Shown: positions 46,680 through 56,466, counted from the first letter of the stretch. The stretch is DNA of 64,000 nt from an uncultured Candidatus Saccharibacteria bacterium (GCA_964423885.1 CAYRGD010000002.1:18128-82127), one strand, 5' to 3'. Made by a program: numbers and translations. Notes: generated by a model not told the origin, from the letters alone.

Positions 46680-47732
46680 ATGGACGTGGCGCCGCTCGCA
46701 TTGCCGTTCGTCGCCGCGTTGGCACTGTCGGCCTGCCTGGTGCCGGCGGTGCGCCGGTTTGCGGTCCGCGTGGGAGCGGTGTCGCAACCGGGCGGACGGC
46801 ATATCCATGCCACGCCGACGCCACGCCTCGGCGGCCTGGCGGTTGCCGGCAGCTTCTTTGCCGTCGTTGCCGCCATACTCCTGCTCGCACCCGAGCAGCT
46901 CCGCTTCGTGCCTGAGCAGGCACTCGGCATCGACCGCAACCTGTTCGGTGTCCTGTTCGGGGCGCTCATCCTGCTTGTCGCCGGGGTCATCGACGATCGG
47001 TTCGACCTGAATCCCTGGCTGAAACTCGGCCTGCAGGTGGCTGCAGCCGGTTGCGTTGTCGCGTCCGGAGTAACCATCCACTGGCTGTCGAACCCGTTCG
47101 GCGGCGATCCGTTCGTGCTCGGCGGTTTGTCCATTGTATTGGTACCGGCCTGGCTGCTGCTCATGATCAACGCGACGAATCTCATCGACGGCCTCGACGG
47201 CCTGGCCGCCGGCCTGTCGGCGATCGCGGCCGCGGCGCTGGTGTTCCTGTCGCTCCAGCCGGTCGTCGACCAGCCGGCCACCGCGCTGTTAGCCGCAATC
47301 CTTACTGGCGCGATCCTCGGTTTCCTGCCGTACAACTGGAATCCCGCCAAGATTTTTTTGGGCGACACCGGTTCGATGTTCCTGGGTTACATGGTGGGCG
47401 TCTTCGCGATCATCTCGGGCGCAAAATTGGCGACCGCCGCGCTCGTGCTGGCGTTGCCGATCCTGGATATCGGCTGGGTCTTTATGCGTCGGTTGCTGAA
47501 CGGCCAGTCGCCGATGAAGGCTGACACGCTTCACCTGCACCACCGGTTCCTGCGGGCCGGTTTTTCTCCTCGGGCGACCGTGCTTGTCCTCTACGCCGTC
47601 GCCGCCGGGTCCGGTATGATCGCGCTCATGAACGGGACGCAAGGAAAAACCGCCGCGTTGCTCGCGCTCGCCGTCGCCGCCGTCTGCCTTGCGGCCGGTT
47701 TGGTCGCGGCCGGCAAGCGGAGGACGGCATGA
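46680..47732 (+). CDS. MraY/WecA family polyprenyl-phosphate GlcNAc-1-P transferase
   Basis: PRLGG, GVIDD, NLIDGLDGL, IFLGDTGS, HLHHR. Confidence 0.92.
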   Translation: MDVAPLALPFVAALALSACLVPAVRRFAVRVGAVSQPGGRHIHATPTPRLGGLAVAGSFFAVVAAILLLAPEQLRFVPEQALGIDRNLFGVLFGALILLVAGVIDDRFDLNPWLKLGLQVAAAGCVVASGVTIHWLSNPFGGDPFVLGGLSIVLVPAWLLLMINATNLIDGLDGLAAGLSAIAAAALVFLSLQPVVDQPATALLAAILTGAILGFLPYNWNPAKIFLGDTGSMFLGYMVGVFAIISGAKLATAALVLALPILDIGWVFMRRLLNGQSPMKADTLHLHHRFLRAGFSPRATVLVLYAVAAGSGMIALMNGTQGKTAALLALAVAAVCLAAGLVAAGKRRTA

Positions 47733-47839
47733 AACGGACGAAGTTCGGGCGCTGGGCCGTGATCGTGTTCGTGGTCTGCACGATCGCGTCGATGATCCTG
47801 CTCTACTTCGTGCCGGCGATCCAGAGCACCCCGCAATGA
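47729..47839 (+). CDS. 36-aa single-TM peptide (DUF4044-like)
   Basis: MKRTKFGRWAVIVFVVCTIASMILLYFVPAIQSTPQ*; ATGA overlaps with both neighbours. Confidence 0.65.
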   Translation: MKRTKFGRWAVIVFVVCTIASMILLYFVPAIQSTPQ

Positions 47840-48354
47840 CGTACGACGTGAACGCCGACTACTTTTCCGGCTTGCGCGACGGTGAAACGATCCGCGCTGT
47901 GTGGCGCCGGAACCCGTGGACGATGATCAAGCCGTGGGCGGCCTCACTCGCGCTGACGCTCATCGTGTTCGCGGTGTTCGTCGCGTTCGGTGCGAGCCTG
48001 CCGACCTCGGTCGCGATCGGGCTGTGGCTCGTGATCGTGCCGAGCTTGCTCGGTTATGCGTGGTACGTTTGGCATCAGAACACGTACGTGCTCACGAGTG
48101 AGCGGCTCATTGATATCAACCAGCCGCACCCGTTGCGCCGCGCCGTCGCCGAAATCCCGATGGAGATCGTCCAGGACGTGACATACGAAGTCAGCGGCCC
48201 GATAGGGCTCGCGCTCAACTTCGGTTCGGTGATCGTGCAGACGGCGTCGTACACCGAGGTGACGATGACGATGATGACCGATCCGCAGGTCGTCCAACAA
48301 GCAGTGCTTACGGCCGCCAAGCAGTTCCGGAAAGAGAATACCGTTACGCCGTAA
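47836..48354 (+). CDS. Bacterial PH (bPH) domain membrane protein
   Basis: Two TMs then YVLTSERLIDI...VQDVTY...NFGSVIVQTA. Confidence 0.8.
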   Translation: MTYDVNADYFSGLRDGETIRAVWRRNPWTMIKPWAASLALTLIVFAVFVAFGASLPTSVAIGLWLVIVPSLLGYAWYVWHQNTYVLTSERLIDINQPHPLRRAVAEIPMEIVQDVTYEVSGPIGLALNFGSVIVQTASYTEVTMTMMTDPQVVQQAVLTAAKQFRKENTVTP

Positions 48355-49162
48355 GCCGGACGGTGTCTCCTGCCGAGGTCGTGAAGCCTTCCTGCTCCAG
48401 CGCGTGCAGTAAACCGTAGAACCGTTCGCGCGGTACGTCGATCTTGCTCGCGATCCGGTCGAAGAGGTCGTCGTTCGTTGTGGGCGCAACACGGAGCGCG
48501 TCGAGGATCCGGCCGCGCAGATAGCGGTTCGAGCCGACGAACCGTTCGGTTTCCTTCTTCTTGCTCGGTCTTGGACGTTTCGAGCGCAGCTCGGCCGAGG
48601 CGTAATCCATCATCGCGTGCAACCAGACGTGCGGCATACCTCTCGGCATCACGGCCGAAGCCAGCTCGTAGTACGCGTTTTCGTTCCGTGGGTTCTTCGT
48701 CGGCAGCATGACGTCGAGAAACAGGCGGACGTTCGTGTCGACGGCCGGCGTATCGATGCCGAACGCGAAGTTCATGACCGCGCCGGCAGTGTAGCGGCCC
48801 ACGCCGGGGAGCGCGCGAAGCCCGTCGACCGTGCTGGGAAATTGACCGTTTAGATCGGTGACGACCATTCGAATCGCCCGCTGCAGGTTGAGCGCGCGGC
48901 GGTTGTATCCTAGACCTTTCCACTCGCGGATCACGTCGGCCGGGCTCGCGTCCGCCAGCGACCGCATGGTCGGAAACCGCTCGAAAAACGCCAGGTATTT
49001 CGGGATCACGCGCGGCACCTGCGTCTGCTGGAGCATGATCTCGCTCACCAAAATCTTGTACGGGTCGTGCGTCTGCCGCCACGGCAAGTCTCGCCGGTTC
49101 GCTTCGTACCAGTCGAGCACGGTGCGCTGGATCTCGGCGATACGTTGTTTGCTCAGTCTCAT
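48344..49162 (-). CDS. mutY: A/G-specific adenine glycosylase MutY (short, Fe-S-cluster-less form)
   Basis: RDLPWR, SEIMLQQTQV, WKGLGYNRRA, LPGVGRYTA, VDTNV. Confidence 0.9.
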   Translation of the reverse strand: MRLSKQRIAEIQRTVLDWYEANRRDLPWRQTHDPYKILVSEIMLQQTQVPRVIPKYLAFFERFPTMRSLADASPADVIREWKGLGYNRRALNLQRAIRMVVTDLNGQFPSTVDGLRALPGVGRYTAGAVMNFAFGIDTPAVDTNVRLFLDVMLPTKNPRNENAYYELASAVMPRGMPHVWLHAMMDYASAELRSKRPRPSKKKETERFVGSNRYLRGRILDALRVAPTTNDDLFDRIASKIDVPRERFYGLLHALEQEGFTTSAGDTVRLTA

Positions 49163-49176
49163 CTTCGAAGCCTACC

Positions 49177-49200
49177 AAAGAAAAAGGCCCCGAAGGGCCT
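49177..49200 (-). terminator. Intrinsic terminator
   Basis: AGGCCC-TTCG-GGGCCT-TTTTCTTT. Confidence 0.8.
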
Positions 49201-49213
49201 GGCTGTCGTAGTG

Positions 49214-49822
49214 TTATGCGGTCCGCTCAGCGGGTTCGTGGCTGTCGACGTGGGTACGCAACCAGGCAGCGAACTGCCCGTACCACCGTCCGTGCCGGGC
49301 CGAGCTTTCGGCCCGTTCCTGGTCGCAGAGTTCAGCCTCGACATTGCTGCACCCGACCGGAACAAAGATCCGGTCGAGCGATGACCAAGTTCGGGGATTG
49401 GCCCGCAAGCTGGCCTCTTCGGCAACCATGCCGTGGATCGTCCGCTCAAAGAGCTTTGGCTCGGTGAGGTATTGGTCGGCATACGCCAGCGCATGCCGGA
49501 ACTCGCATCGTCGATCCCGTTTGTGGGCCATCAGGTCAAGGATGCCCTCGATACCAATCGTGTCGAGGACGAAGTTGACCTGCGTTTTCGGAAAACCGTT
49601 GAGTGCTGGAATGAAGAAGCCCGCATCGATGGCGATTACCGGCTGTCTGAAGCGTGCGAACGCTTCCAGGGCTTTTTCCTGTGCGATGATAGCTGGTTCC
49701 ATCGAGCGTGATTCTATGAGCTCGACATGTTCGGTCACGACCGCCACGCCAAGTTCTTGGAGTCGGTTGACCAACGACTGCTTCTTGCCGCTGTTGGTCG
49801 TACAGAGCCGTACTGTTAACAA
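49214..49822 (-). CDS. Non-canonical purine NTP pyrophosphatase (RdgB/HAM1 family, divergent)
   Basis: TTNSGK, AQEKA, IDAGFFIPALNGFP, DRIF.P, HGR; AGGAGGT RBS before TTG. Confidence 0.8.
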   Translation of the reverse strand: MLTVRLCTTNSGKKQSLVNRLQELGVAVVTEHVELIESRSMEPAIIAQEKALEAFARFRQPVIAIDAGFFIPALNGFPKTQVNFVLDTIGIEGILDLMAHKRDRRCEFRHALAYADQYLTEPKLFERTIHGMVAEEASLRANPRTWSSLDRIFVPVGCSNVEAELCDQERAESSARHGRWYGQFAAWLRTHVDSHEPAERTA

Positions 49823-49930
49823 GTGTTCTCTACCTCCTATTTCGTCTATTGCTACTGTCCCACAGCGCGGCCTCGAGACAAGTGGAAAACCGGGGCGGAC
49901 AGAGCGGCGGGCATGTGAGATGGTTCCGAT

Positions 49931-50419
49931 ATGCAAGAAAAAGCGCAGCAACAGATCGTGGTCGCGGGCGCAGTCGTGTTCGACGGCCAGGGCAACGTGC
50001 TGCTGACGCGGCGCAACCAGCCAGACCTGCCCGGTGCGCACGGGCGCTGGGAACTACCGGCCGGCAAGGTGGAGTTCGGGGAGCTGCCCCACGACACCGC
50101 AGCGCGCGAGGTGCTCGAAGAAACCGGCTACCAGGTGCGGATCGACCCGCGCCGGTCGTCGGTCAAGGCCATGATTTGGGAGGCCGACGCCAAGGATACG
50201 CACACGATTTTGCTCGCATTCCGCGCGGCCCTGGTCGGTGGCGAACGGAAGGTGCAAGGCGGCAAGGTCGCCGATGTTCGGTGGTGGCCTGTGTCGGCGC
50301 TGCCGCTCGACAATATCCTTCCGCTTGATGACGAGATGATCCTTGCGCTAGCGGACGAGCAGGACGCGCTCCTGGCCCAGCCGCTGGTTGAGATCGAACA
50401 CCAGATTATTCGTCAGTGA
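49931..50419 (+). CDS. NUDIX hydrolase (MutT-like)
   Basis: WELPAGKVEFGE....AAREVLEETG Nudix box. Confidence 0.88.
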   Translation: MQEKAQQQIVVAGAVVFDGQGNVLLTRRNQPDLPGAHGRWELPAGKVEFGELPHDTAAREVLEETGYQVRIDPRRSSVKAMIWEADAKDTHTILLAFRAALVGGERKVQGGKVADVRWWPVSALPLDNILPLDDEMILALADEQDALLAQPLVEIEHQIIRQ

Positions 50420-53400
50420 GATTTTGAGGTTGGTGGCCAGGGACTTGGGTTCCGGCCCCTGCAGGATGCAGGTGACGGGAATGTCACCTGCCGACTTCGA
50501 CAGCTCGTCTTTGACCGCATGCAAGATCGCGCGGTCGACCGTGCTGTCGATCAAGAGGTGAAGCATCTTTACGCCGTCGGTGTTGACGGGCGCTGCCGCC
50601 ACCGGTTTCGGCGCTTCTTTGAGCTGGGTCGACCGCGACCGCACGGTGGTGTCGGCGAGGGATGCGGCGTGGTCGACGATGATCTTGCGTTCGTTGTCGC
50701 GGTCGTTGACCTTGCCTTTGACGATGAGTACGGCGTCGGGCACCCAGAGCGCCGGGTTTTCCTTGAGCGTTTTCGGAAACACCACGACCTCGATGGCGCC
50801 GGTCATGTCTTCGAGCTTCCCGAATGCCATTGCCTCGCCGTTCTTGGTCGTGATGGTTTTCAATTGCGTAATGATGCCGCCGATCGCCACTTTCGCCTCG
50901 GGCTTGGCTTGGTCGAGCGCACGGATCGGGTCGAGGTTGGCGAGCTTGTCTTTGTAGTCGCCGAGCGGATGTTCGCTCACGTACACCGACAGCAGCTCTT
51001 TCTCCCAGGCGAGCCGCTGCTGCTTGCTAGCCGGCGCGCCCGCAACCAGTTGCAGGTGGTGCTGCGGCGCGGCCTGTTCCATGCCGCCGAACAGGCTCGC
51101 TTGCTGGCTGTTCTTGGCTTTGTCGTAGCCCTGGATGAACTTCAGGATTAGATCGGCGTTGTCGAGCAGCTGCTGGCGCTCGGCCAGTTCGTCGAGCGCG
51201 CCGCACATCGCCAGGCTTTCCAAGACCTTGCGGTTGATGACGCTGCCGCCCAGGCGGGTGCAGAAGTCTTCCAAGCTCGTGTACGGGCCGTTCTTCCGTT
51301 CGTCGACGATCTTTTCGGCCACGGCCTCGCCGATGTTTTTGATGGCGGCCAGGCCGAACCGGATTTGCTTGCCGTCGCCGGCGACGCCGAACTCGCTGTA
51401 GGATTCTTTGACCGACGGCGGGAGCACGGTCAGGCCCATCTTTTCGGCCTCGGAGATCTCGATCGAGATACGGTCGAGGTTATGGATGTCCGACGTCATG
51501 AGTGCGGCCATGAATTCGGCCGGGTAGTGGGCTTTCAAGTACGCGGTTTGGTACGCGACCAGTGCGTAGCAGGCGGCGTGGCTCTTGTTGAACCCGTACT
51601 TGGCCCAGGCGAGCCATTCCTGCCAGACCTCGCGGGCCTGGTGCTCGGTGATCGAGCCGACCTTGGCGCACCCCTCGACGAACTGCGGCTCGATTTTGTC
51701 CAGGATCTTCTTGACCTTCTTGGCGACGCCCTTGCGGAGCGTGTCGGCCTCGCCGCGGGTGAAGCCGGCCAGGATGCGGGACAGCTGCATCATCTGTTCC
51801 TGGTAGACCATGATCCCGTAGGTAGGTTTCAAGACGCTTTCGGCGCTCGGATGGATGTAGTTGATCGCCTTCCGGCCGTGCTTGCGCGCGATGAAGTCGG
51901 GGATGAATTCCATCGGGCCCGGGCGGTAGAGCGCGCACATGGCGATGATGTCCTCGAACTCGGACGGTTTGAGTTCCTTGAGATACCGTTTCATGCCGTC
52001 GGATTCCAACTGGAACACCCCGGTCGTTTCGGCGCGCGACAGGAGCGCGTAGGCCGCTTTGTCGTCGAGCGGCAGGGCGCTGATATCGATATCGACGTCG
52101 TGGCGTTTCTTGATAATGCGGAGCGCGTTCTTGATGACGGTCAAGTTCGACAGGCCCAGGAAGTCCATTTTGAGGAGGCCGATCGTCTCGCAGTCCTTCA
52201 TGCCGAACTGGGTGAGCGCGGTCATCGGGCCTTTTTGGTTGACCGTGAGCGGCAGGTATTCGGTTAGCGCCTGGTCGGCCACGATCACGCCGCAGGCATG
52301 GGTCGAGGCGTGGCGGGCGACGCCCTCGAGCTTCATGGCCATGTCGATGAGGCGCTTCATCTCGGGCTCGGTATCGTAGATCTGTTTGAGTTCGGCGACC
52401 TCGAGCGATTCCTTGAGCGTAGTGCCGGGTTTGGGCGGGATCAGTTTGGCGATGCGGTCACCGTCGGCAAAACTCATCCCGAGCGAACGGGCGACGTCGC
52501 GGATCGAGCCGCGGGCGGCCATCGTACCGAACGTGATGATCTGGCCGACCCGTTCCTCGCCGTACTTTTCCTGGACGTAGCGTAGTACTTCGTCGCGGCG
52601 GTTGTCAGCGAAGTCGATGTCGATATCCGGCATCGAGATGCGGTCGGGGTTCAGGAACCGCTCGAAAAGCAGGTCGTATTTCAAGGGGTCGAGGTCGGTG
52701 ATACCGAGGCAGTAGGCCACGATCGAGCCGGCGGCCGAACCGCGGCCCGGCCCCACGACGACGCCGTTGTTCTTCGACCACTGCACGAAGTCGGACACGA
52801 TCAGGAAGTAGTCGGCGAAGCCCATGTTCTTGATGACGTCGAGCTCGAACTTTAATCGTTCGTCGGCCTCAGGCGTACCCTCGCCGTAGCGGTTCCGGTA
52901 CCCGGCCCACGACAACTCCTCGAAGTGCGTCTGGGCGTCGGCCTTGCCGGTAGGCAGCGGAAACTTCGGCAGGATGTTCTTGCCGAGCTCGAATTCCAGG
53001 TCGACCGACTCGGCGACACGGAGCGTGTTCTCGACCGCGCCTTCGTACCCGGCGAAGCGGGTCAGCATTTCGTCGGGCGTCGACAATGACAGGTCGACAT
53101 CCTTGAGCGTCATGCGGTCGGCGTCGTCGACGTCCTTACCGGTCGCCACGGCCAACAGGACTTCGTGCGCTTCCTGGTCGTCGTGGCTCAAATAGTGGCT
53201 GTCGCCGGTCGCGATGAGCGGTACGTTGAATTCCTTACTGAACTGCTCAAGCGCCTGGTTGACGATGCCTTGGTCCTTGAGCGCCGGGTGATGCTGGACT
53301 TCCAGGTATACGAACTCGCGGCCGAAGGTGTCCAGGTAATACTTGATGAGCGCCTTGGCGTCGTCGAGTCGGTTGTCCAGGATGTCGCGCGACAGTTCGC

Positions 53401-53818
53401 TGTTCAAGCAGCCGGTCAGGATCGTGACGCCCTCGGCATGGTGCTTCATGAGGTCTTTGTCGACGCGTGGCCGGTAGTAGAAGCCCTCGAGGTGCGAGAC
53501 CGATACCATCTTGACCAGGTTCTTATAGCCGGCAAGGTTCCGGGCCAGCATGGTCAGGTGGTAGGGCTTGGCGTCGAACCGCGCCTCGCGGTCGTGGAGC
53601 GTCCGGCGGGCGACGTAGCCTTCCACGCCGATAATCGGCTTGATTTCGGCCGCCTTCGCCTTCTGATAGAATTCGATCGCTCCGTACATGACGCCGTGGT
53701 CGGTGAGCGCCATCGCCGGCATCCCGAACTCCTTGGCGCGCGCGACCAGGCCGTCGATCTTCGACAGGCCGTCGAGGAGCGAGTAGTGGCTATGGGTATG
53801 CAGATGAACGAAACTCAT
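50348..53818 (-). CDS. dnaE: DNA polymerase III subunit alpha
   Basis: HLHTHSHYSLLDG PHP domain, GRGSAAGS, FERFLNP.R.SMPDIDIDF, YGFNKSH. Confidence 0.98.
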   Translation of the reverse strand: MSFVHLHTHSHYSLLDGLSKIDGLVARAKEFGMPAMALTDHGVMYGAIEFYQKAKAAEIKPIIGVEGYVARRTLHDREARFDAKPYHLTMLARNLAGYKNLVKMVSVSHLEGFYYRPRVDKDLMKHHAEGVTILTGCLNSELSRDILDNRLDDAKALIKYYLDTFGREFVYLEVQHHPALKDQGIVNQALEQFSKEFNVPLIATGDSHYLSHDDQEAHEVLLAVATGKDVDDADRMTLKDVDLSLSTPDEMLTRFAGYEGAVENTLRVAESVDLEFELGKNILPKFPLPTGKADAQTHFEELSWAGYRNRYGEGTPEADERLKFELDVIKNMGFADYFLIVSDFVQWSKNNGVVVGPGRGSAAGSIVAYCLGITDLDPLKYDLLFERFLNPDRISMPDIDIDFADNRRDEVLRYVQEKYGEERVGQIITFGTMAARGSIRDVARSLGMSFADGDRIAKLIPPKPGTTLKESLEVAELKQIYDTEPEMKRLIDMAMKLEGVARHASTHACGVIVADQALTEYLPLTVNQKGPMTALTQFGMKDCETIGLLKMDFLGLSNLTVIKNALRIIKKRHDVDIDISALPLDDKAAYALLSRAETTGVFQLESDGMKRYLKELKPSEFEDIIAMCALYRPGPMEFIPDFIARKHGRKAINYIHPSAESVLKPTYGIMVYQEQMMQLSRILAGFTRGEADTLRKGVAKKVKKILDKIEPQFVEGCAKVGSITEHQAREVWQEWLAWAKYGFNKSHAACYALVAYQTAYLKAHYPAEFMAALMTSDIHNLDRISIEISEAEKMGLTVLPPSVKESYSEFGVAGDGKQIRFGLAAIKNIGEAVAEKIVDERKNGPYTSLEDFCTRLGGSVINRKVLESLAMCGALDELAERQQLLDNADLILKFIQGYDKAKNSQQASLFGGMEQAAPQHHLQLVAGAPASKQQRLAWEKELLSVYVSEHPLGDYKDKLANLDPIRALDQAKPEAKVAIGGIITQLKTITTKNGEAMAFGKLEDMTGAIEVVVFPKTLKENPALWVPDAVLIVKGKVNDRDNERKIIVDHAASLADTTVRSRSTQLKEAPKPVAAAPVNTDGVKMLHLLIDSTVDRAILHAVKDELSKSAGDIPVTCILQGPEPKSLATNLKISLTNNLVFDLNQRLGQERVLLVR

Positions 53819-54958
53819 GATTCCCCTCTCCTGGCCGTCGTCTTGGGCCGTTCCGAACAGCTCTCAACGTATGAGCTGCGAGCGGTCTTGGGCCGGCTCG
53901 GCTGCCATATTCGTGACCTTACCGTAACAAGCGGCGTCGCCCTCGTCAAAGCCGACCCTGCTCCTGATACCGGGTGGTTCCGGCAGCTGGGCGGCGCGGT
54001 CAAGGCGGGACGGGTGGAGGCGGATTCCCTTCCTGATCGTGCGTCGGTCGGCGACGCGCTTGCAGCCCTTGTCGACCAGCCGGTGGTCGGTATTTCCAGT
54101 GTCGCCAGCGGTATTGCCGCCGGGCCGTTGGCGGCCGCGCTCAAGTCGGCCCATGACGCGGTCAAACGCTATGCGGTGCCGGCGGACGGACCGTTCCTGT
54201 CGGCCGCGCAATCCAAAGGGATCCGGGATGCTGGCGGCTCCGAATGGCTGGTGCTCGGCGCTGCCGGTGCGTATTCGCTGGTACGGATCACGGACGTGCA
54301 AGATATCGACGATTACACCCGACGCGACCGCCAGCTGCCCGCCGTCGACATGAAGCGCGGCGTGTTACCCACCAAGCTGGCGCGGATGATGGCCAATATC
54401 GCCCTAGGGGAACAGCCGCTCGCGCCCGGCGCGGTCCTGCTCGATCCGTTCTGCGGTACCGGCAGGATCCTCTTGGAAGGCAGGCTGCTCGGCAATCCTA
54501 TCCTTGGTTCGGATATCGACCCCGCCGCCGTAGACGCGACCCGGCGGAACCTAGTTTGGGCGGCCGGTACCTACGGCATGACTGCTCCTGATCCCGATTC
54601 GATCCTCACCGCGCCCATCGACAAGCTTGCCGGTCTCCTGTCGCCGCAGAGTATCGCGGCGATCGCGACTGAGCCGTTCCTCGGTCCGCCGGCTACCAGG
54701 GCGTTGACGCCGCCTGAGCGCGACGCGCTGTTCGACCGGCTGTTGCCGCAGTACGAGGCGTTGCTCCGTTCGGCCAAGGCCTTGCTGGTTCCCGGCGGGC
54801 GGTTAGCGGCCGTGTTTCCGCTCGTGGACGGCCAGTCGCTCTTCGCCAGGTTCGTTGACAGGCTACCCCGCTTCGGCTACCATCTCCTCGATTCAATACC
54901 GGTTACCCGATCCGACCAGTGGATCGCACGAGATATCGTCCTGCTCCGAGCGGAGTAG
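53804..54958 (+). CDS. SAM-dependent methyltransferase (Trm11/THUMP-related, putative RNA methyltransferase)
   Basis: LPTKLARMMAN, LLDPFCGTG, GSDID, ATEPFLG; start uncertain. Confidence 0.75.
   Translation: MNETHDSPLLAVVLGRSEQLSTYELRAVLGRLGCHIRDLTVTSGVALVKADPAPDTGWFRQLGGAVKAGRVEADSLPDRASVGDALAALVDQPVVGISSVASGIAAGPLAAALKSAHDAVKRYAVPADGPFLSAAQSKGIRDAGGSEWLVLGAAGAYSLVRITDVQDIDDYTRRDRQLPAVDMKRGVLPTKLARMMANIALGEQPLAPGAVLLDPFCGTGRILLEGRLLGNPILGSDIDPAAVDATRRNLVWAAGTYGMTAPDPDSILTAPIDKLAGLLSPQSIAAIATEPFLGPPATRALTPPERDALFDRLLPQYEALLRSAKALLVPGGRLAAVFPLVDGQSLFARFVDRLPRFGYHLLDSIPVTRSDQWIARDIVLLRAE
54855..54883 (+). promoter_or_regulatory. Promoter for rpmA-rplS inside the upstream CDS
   Basis: TTGACA-N17-TACCAT. 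Confidence 0.6.
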
Positions 54959-54973
54959 GCCACAAGAGGTTGT

Positions 54974-55288
54974 ATGGCGCATAAGAAAGCTGCAGGTTCA
55001 ACCCGATTAGGCCGCGATTCGCAGTCCAAGCGGCTGGGCGTCAAACGCTACGGCGGCCAGATCGTTGCCCAGGGTGAGGTGATCATCCGCCAGCGCGGTA
55101 CCAAGTTCCACGCGGGCACGAACGTCGGCCGCGGAGCCGACGACACGCTCTTCGCCATGGTGCCCGGCACCGTGTCGTTCCAACGTAAAAAGCACCGCCG
55201 GTTCACGAACGCGCTCCGTTCCGTCCAGTTCGTCCACGTGACGCCAGCCGGCCAGCCGGTTCCGGTTACTCGGAAGGCGGCCCGATGA
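54974..55288 (+). CDS. rpmA: 50S ribosomal protein L27
   Basis: [29 protein letters not shown]. Confidence 0.97.
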   Translation: MAHKKAAGSTRLGRDSQSKRLGVKRYGGQIVAQGEVIIRQRGTKFHAGTNVGRGADDTLFAMVPGTVSFQRKKHRRFTNALRSVQFVHVTPAGQPVPVTRKAAR

Positions 55289-55815
55289 ACGCCGCGCTGC
55301 TCGCCGCCGCCTCGGCTGCGTCGCTCAAGAAGAACGTCCCGACCCTTCGGGCCGGCGACATCGTCCGCGTCCACCAGAAGGTAAAGGAAGGTAACAAAGA
55401 ACGCATCCAGGTCTTCGAAGGCGTCGTGCTCGTGGTCCGCGGCGGCCGCGGTACGGGCGGCACCTTCACCGTCCGGCGCGTGAGCGGCGGGATCGGCATC
55501 GAGCGCGTGTTTCCCCTGCATCTGCCGTCGATCACCAAGATCGAAAAGTTGCGCCGGCTCGATATCCGCCAGTCGCGGCCGTACTACCTGCGCGACCTGA
55601 CGCCGCGCCAGATCGCCCGTAAGTCGAAGGGTGAGCTCAAGGAATTCGCGGTCTGGGAAGAGGCTGACGCCGAAGCGGAAGCCGAGGCGATCAAGGCATC
55701 CCAGGAAGCCGAAGCCCAGGCCCGCGACGATGCGGAAGCCAAAGCCGACGCGGATGCCGACGCGAAAGTCGAAGCCGCCAAGGCCAAGCACGAAGAAGCG
55801 GCCGAGAACGCGTAA
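55285..55815 (+). CDS. rplS: 50S ribosomal protein L19 with Ala/Glu-rich tail
   Basis: [31 protein letters not shown]. Confidence 0.96.
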   Translation: MNAALLAAASAASLKKNVPTLRAGDIVRVHQKVKEGNKERIQVFEGVVLVVRGGRGTGGTFTVRRVSGGIGIERVFPLHLPSITKIEKLRRLDIRQSRPYYLRDLTPRQIARKSKGELKEFAVWEEADAEAEAEAIKASQEAEAQARDDAEAKADADADAKVEAAKAKHEEAAENA

Positions 55816-55836
55816 ATCTCCCAATCCCTCTGCACG

Positions 55837-55867
55837 CAGCGCCCGATGTCGGGCGCTGTTGCTTTTT
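55837..55867 (+). terminator. Intrinsic terminator
   Basis: CAGCGCCCGA-tg-TCGGGCGCTG-ttgcTTTTT. Confidence 0.7.
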
Positions 55868-55913
55868 ACGGTGAGACGTGTACAGTCGGCCTGTAGTTGG
55901 AAGGGAGGCAGTC

Positions 55914-56459
55914 ATGCCACGACCGGTATCGCACTCGCAGCAACTCGTACTCGCGCTCACTGCGCTCGTCGTCCTTGGCGGCGGAGTGGCAGCGGCAGCC
56001 AACCGTTCGGCGTTCAACGCAGCCGGCGTGCAGGCCGACAGCGACGACCAGGCTGCGACGCTTGAGCTCGCACCCGCCCTGGCGGTCGACGAGCCGCTCG
56101 CGTCCGTCGTCGCTGATCCTGACGCGGCCGCAGTATCTCCGGGTGCCGTTTCCCAGGGTAGCGGCGACACCCAAGAGACGGTCCGCGTTACGGTCGACGG
56201 TACGGCGGTCGAGCCGGATACGTTCGGTGACCATGCCGTGTCGGTCGACACCTCGAGCACCAATACGCTCGACGGCTCGAACAATGGCACCGACGTCGAC
56301 GTCCGTCGTTCGGTCGACACCGACGTGAGCAACCGCCACTCCGAACGCAATAACCCGGATATCAAGGTCAATGTCGGCAAGAACGACGTCTCGGGCAATA
56401 AGAACCCGGTCACGGTGCGCCCTGGAAACGTCAGCATCAACTTCAGCCTGCCGCGCTAA
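55914..56459 (+). CDS. Secreted/anchored low-complexity hypothetical protein
   Basis: GGGAGG RBS, N-terminal TM, D/N/S/T/V-rich C-terminus. Confidence 0.65.
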   Translation: MPRPVSHSQQLVLALTALVVLGGGVAAAANRSAFNAAGVQADSDDQAATLELAPALAVDEPLASVVADPDAAAVSPGAVSQGSGDTQETVRVTVDGTAVEPDTFGDHAVSVDTSSTNTLDGSNNGTDVDVRRSVDTDVSNRHSERNNPDIKVNVGKNDVSGNKNPVTVRPGNVSINFSLPR

Positions 56460-56466
56460 GGCGGCC

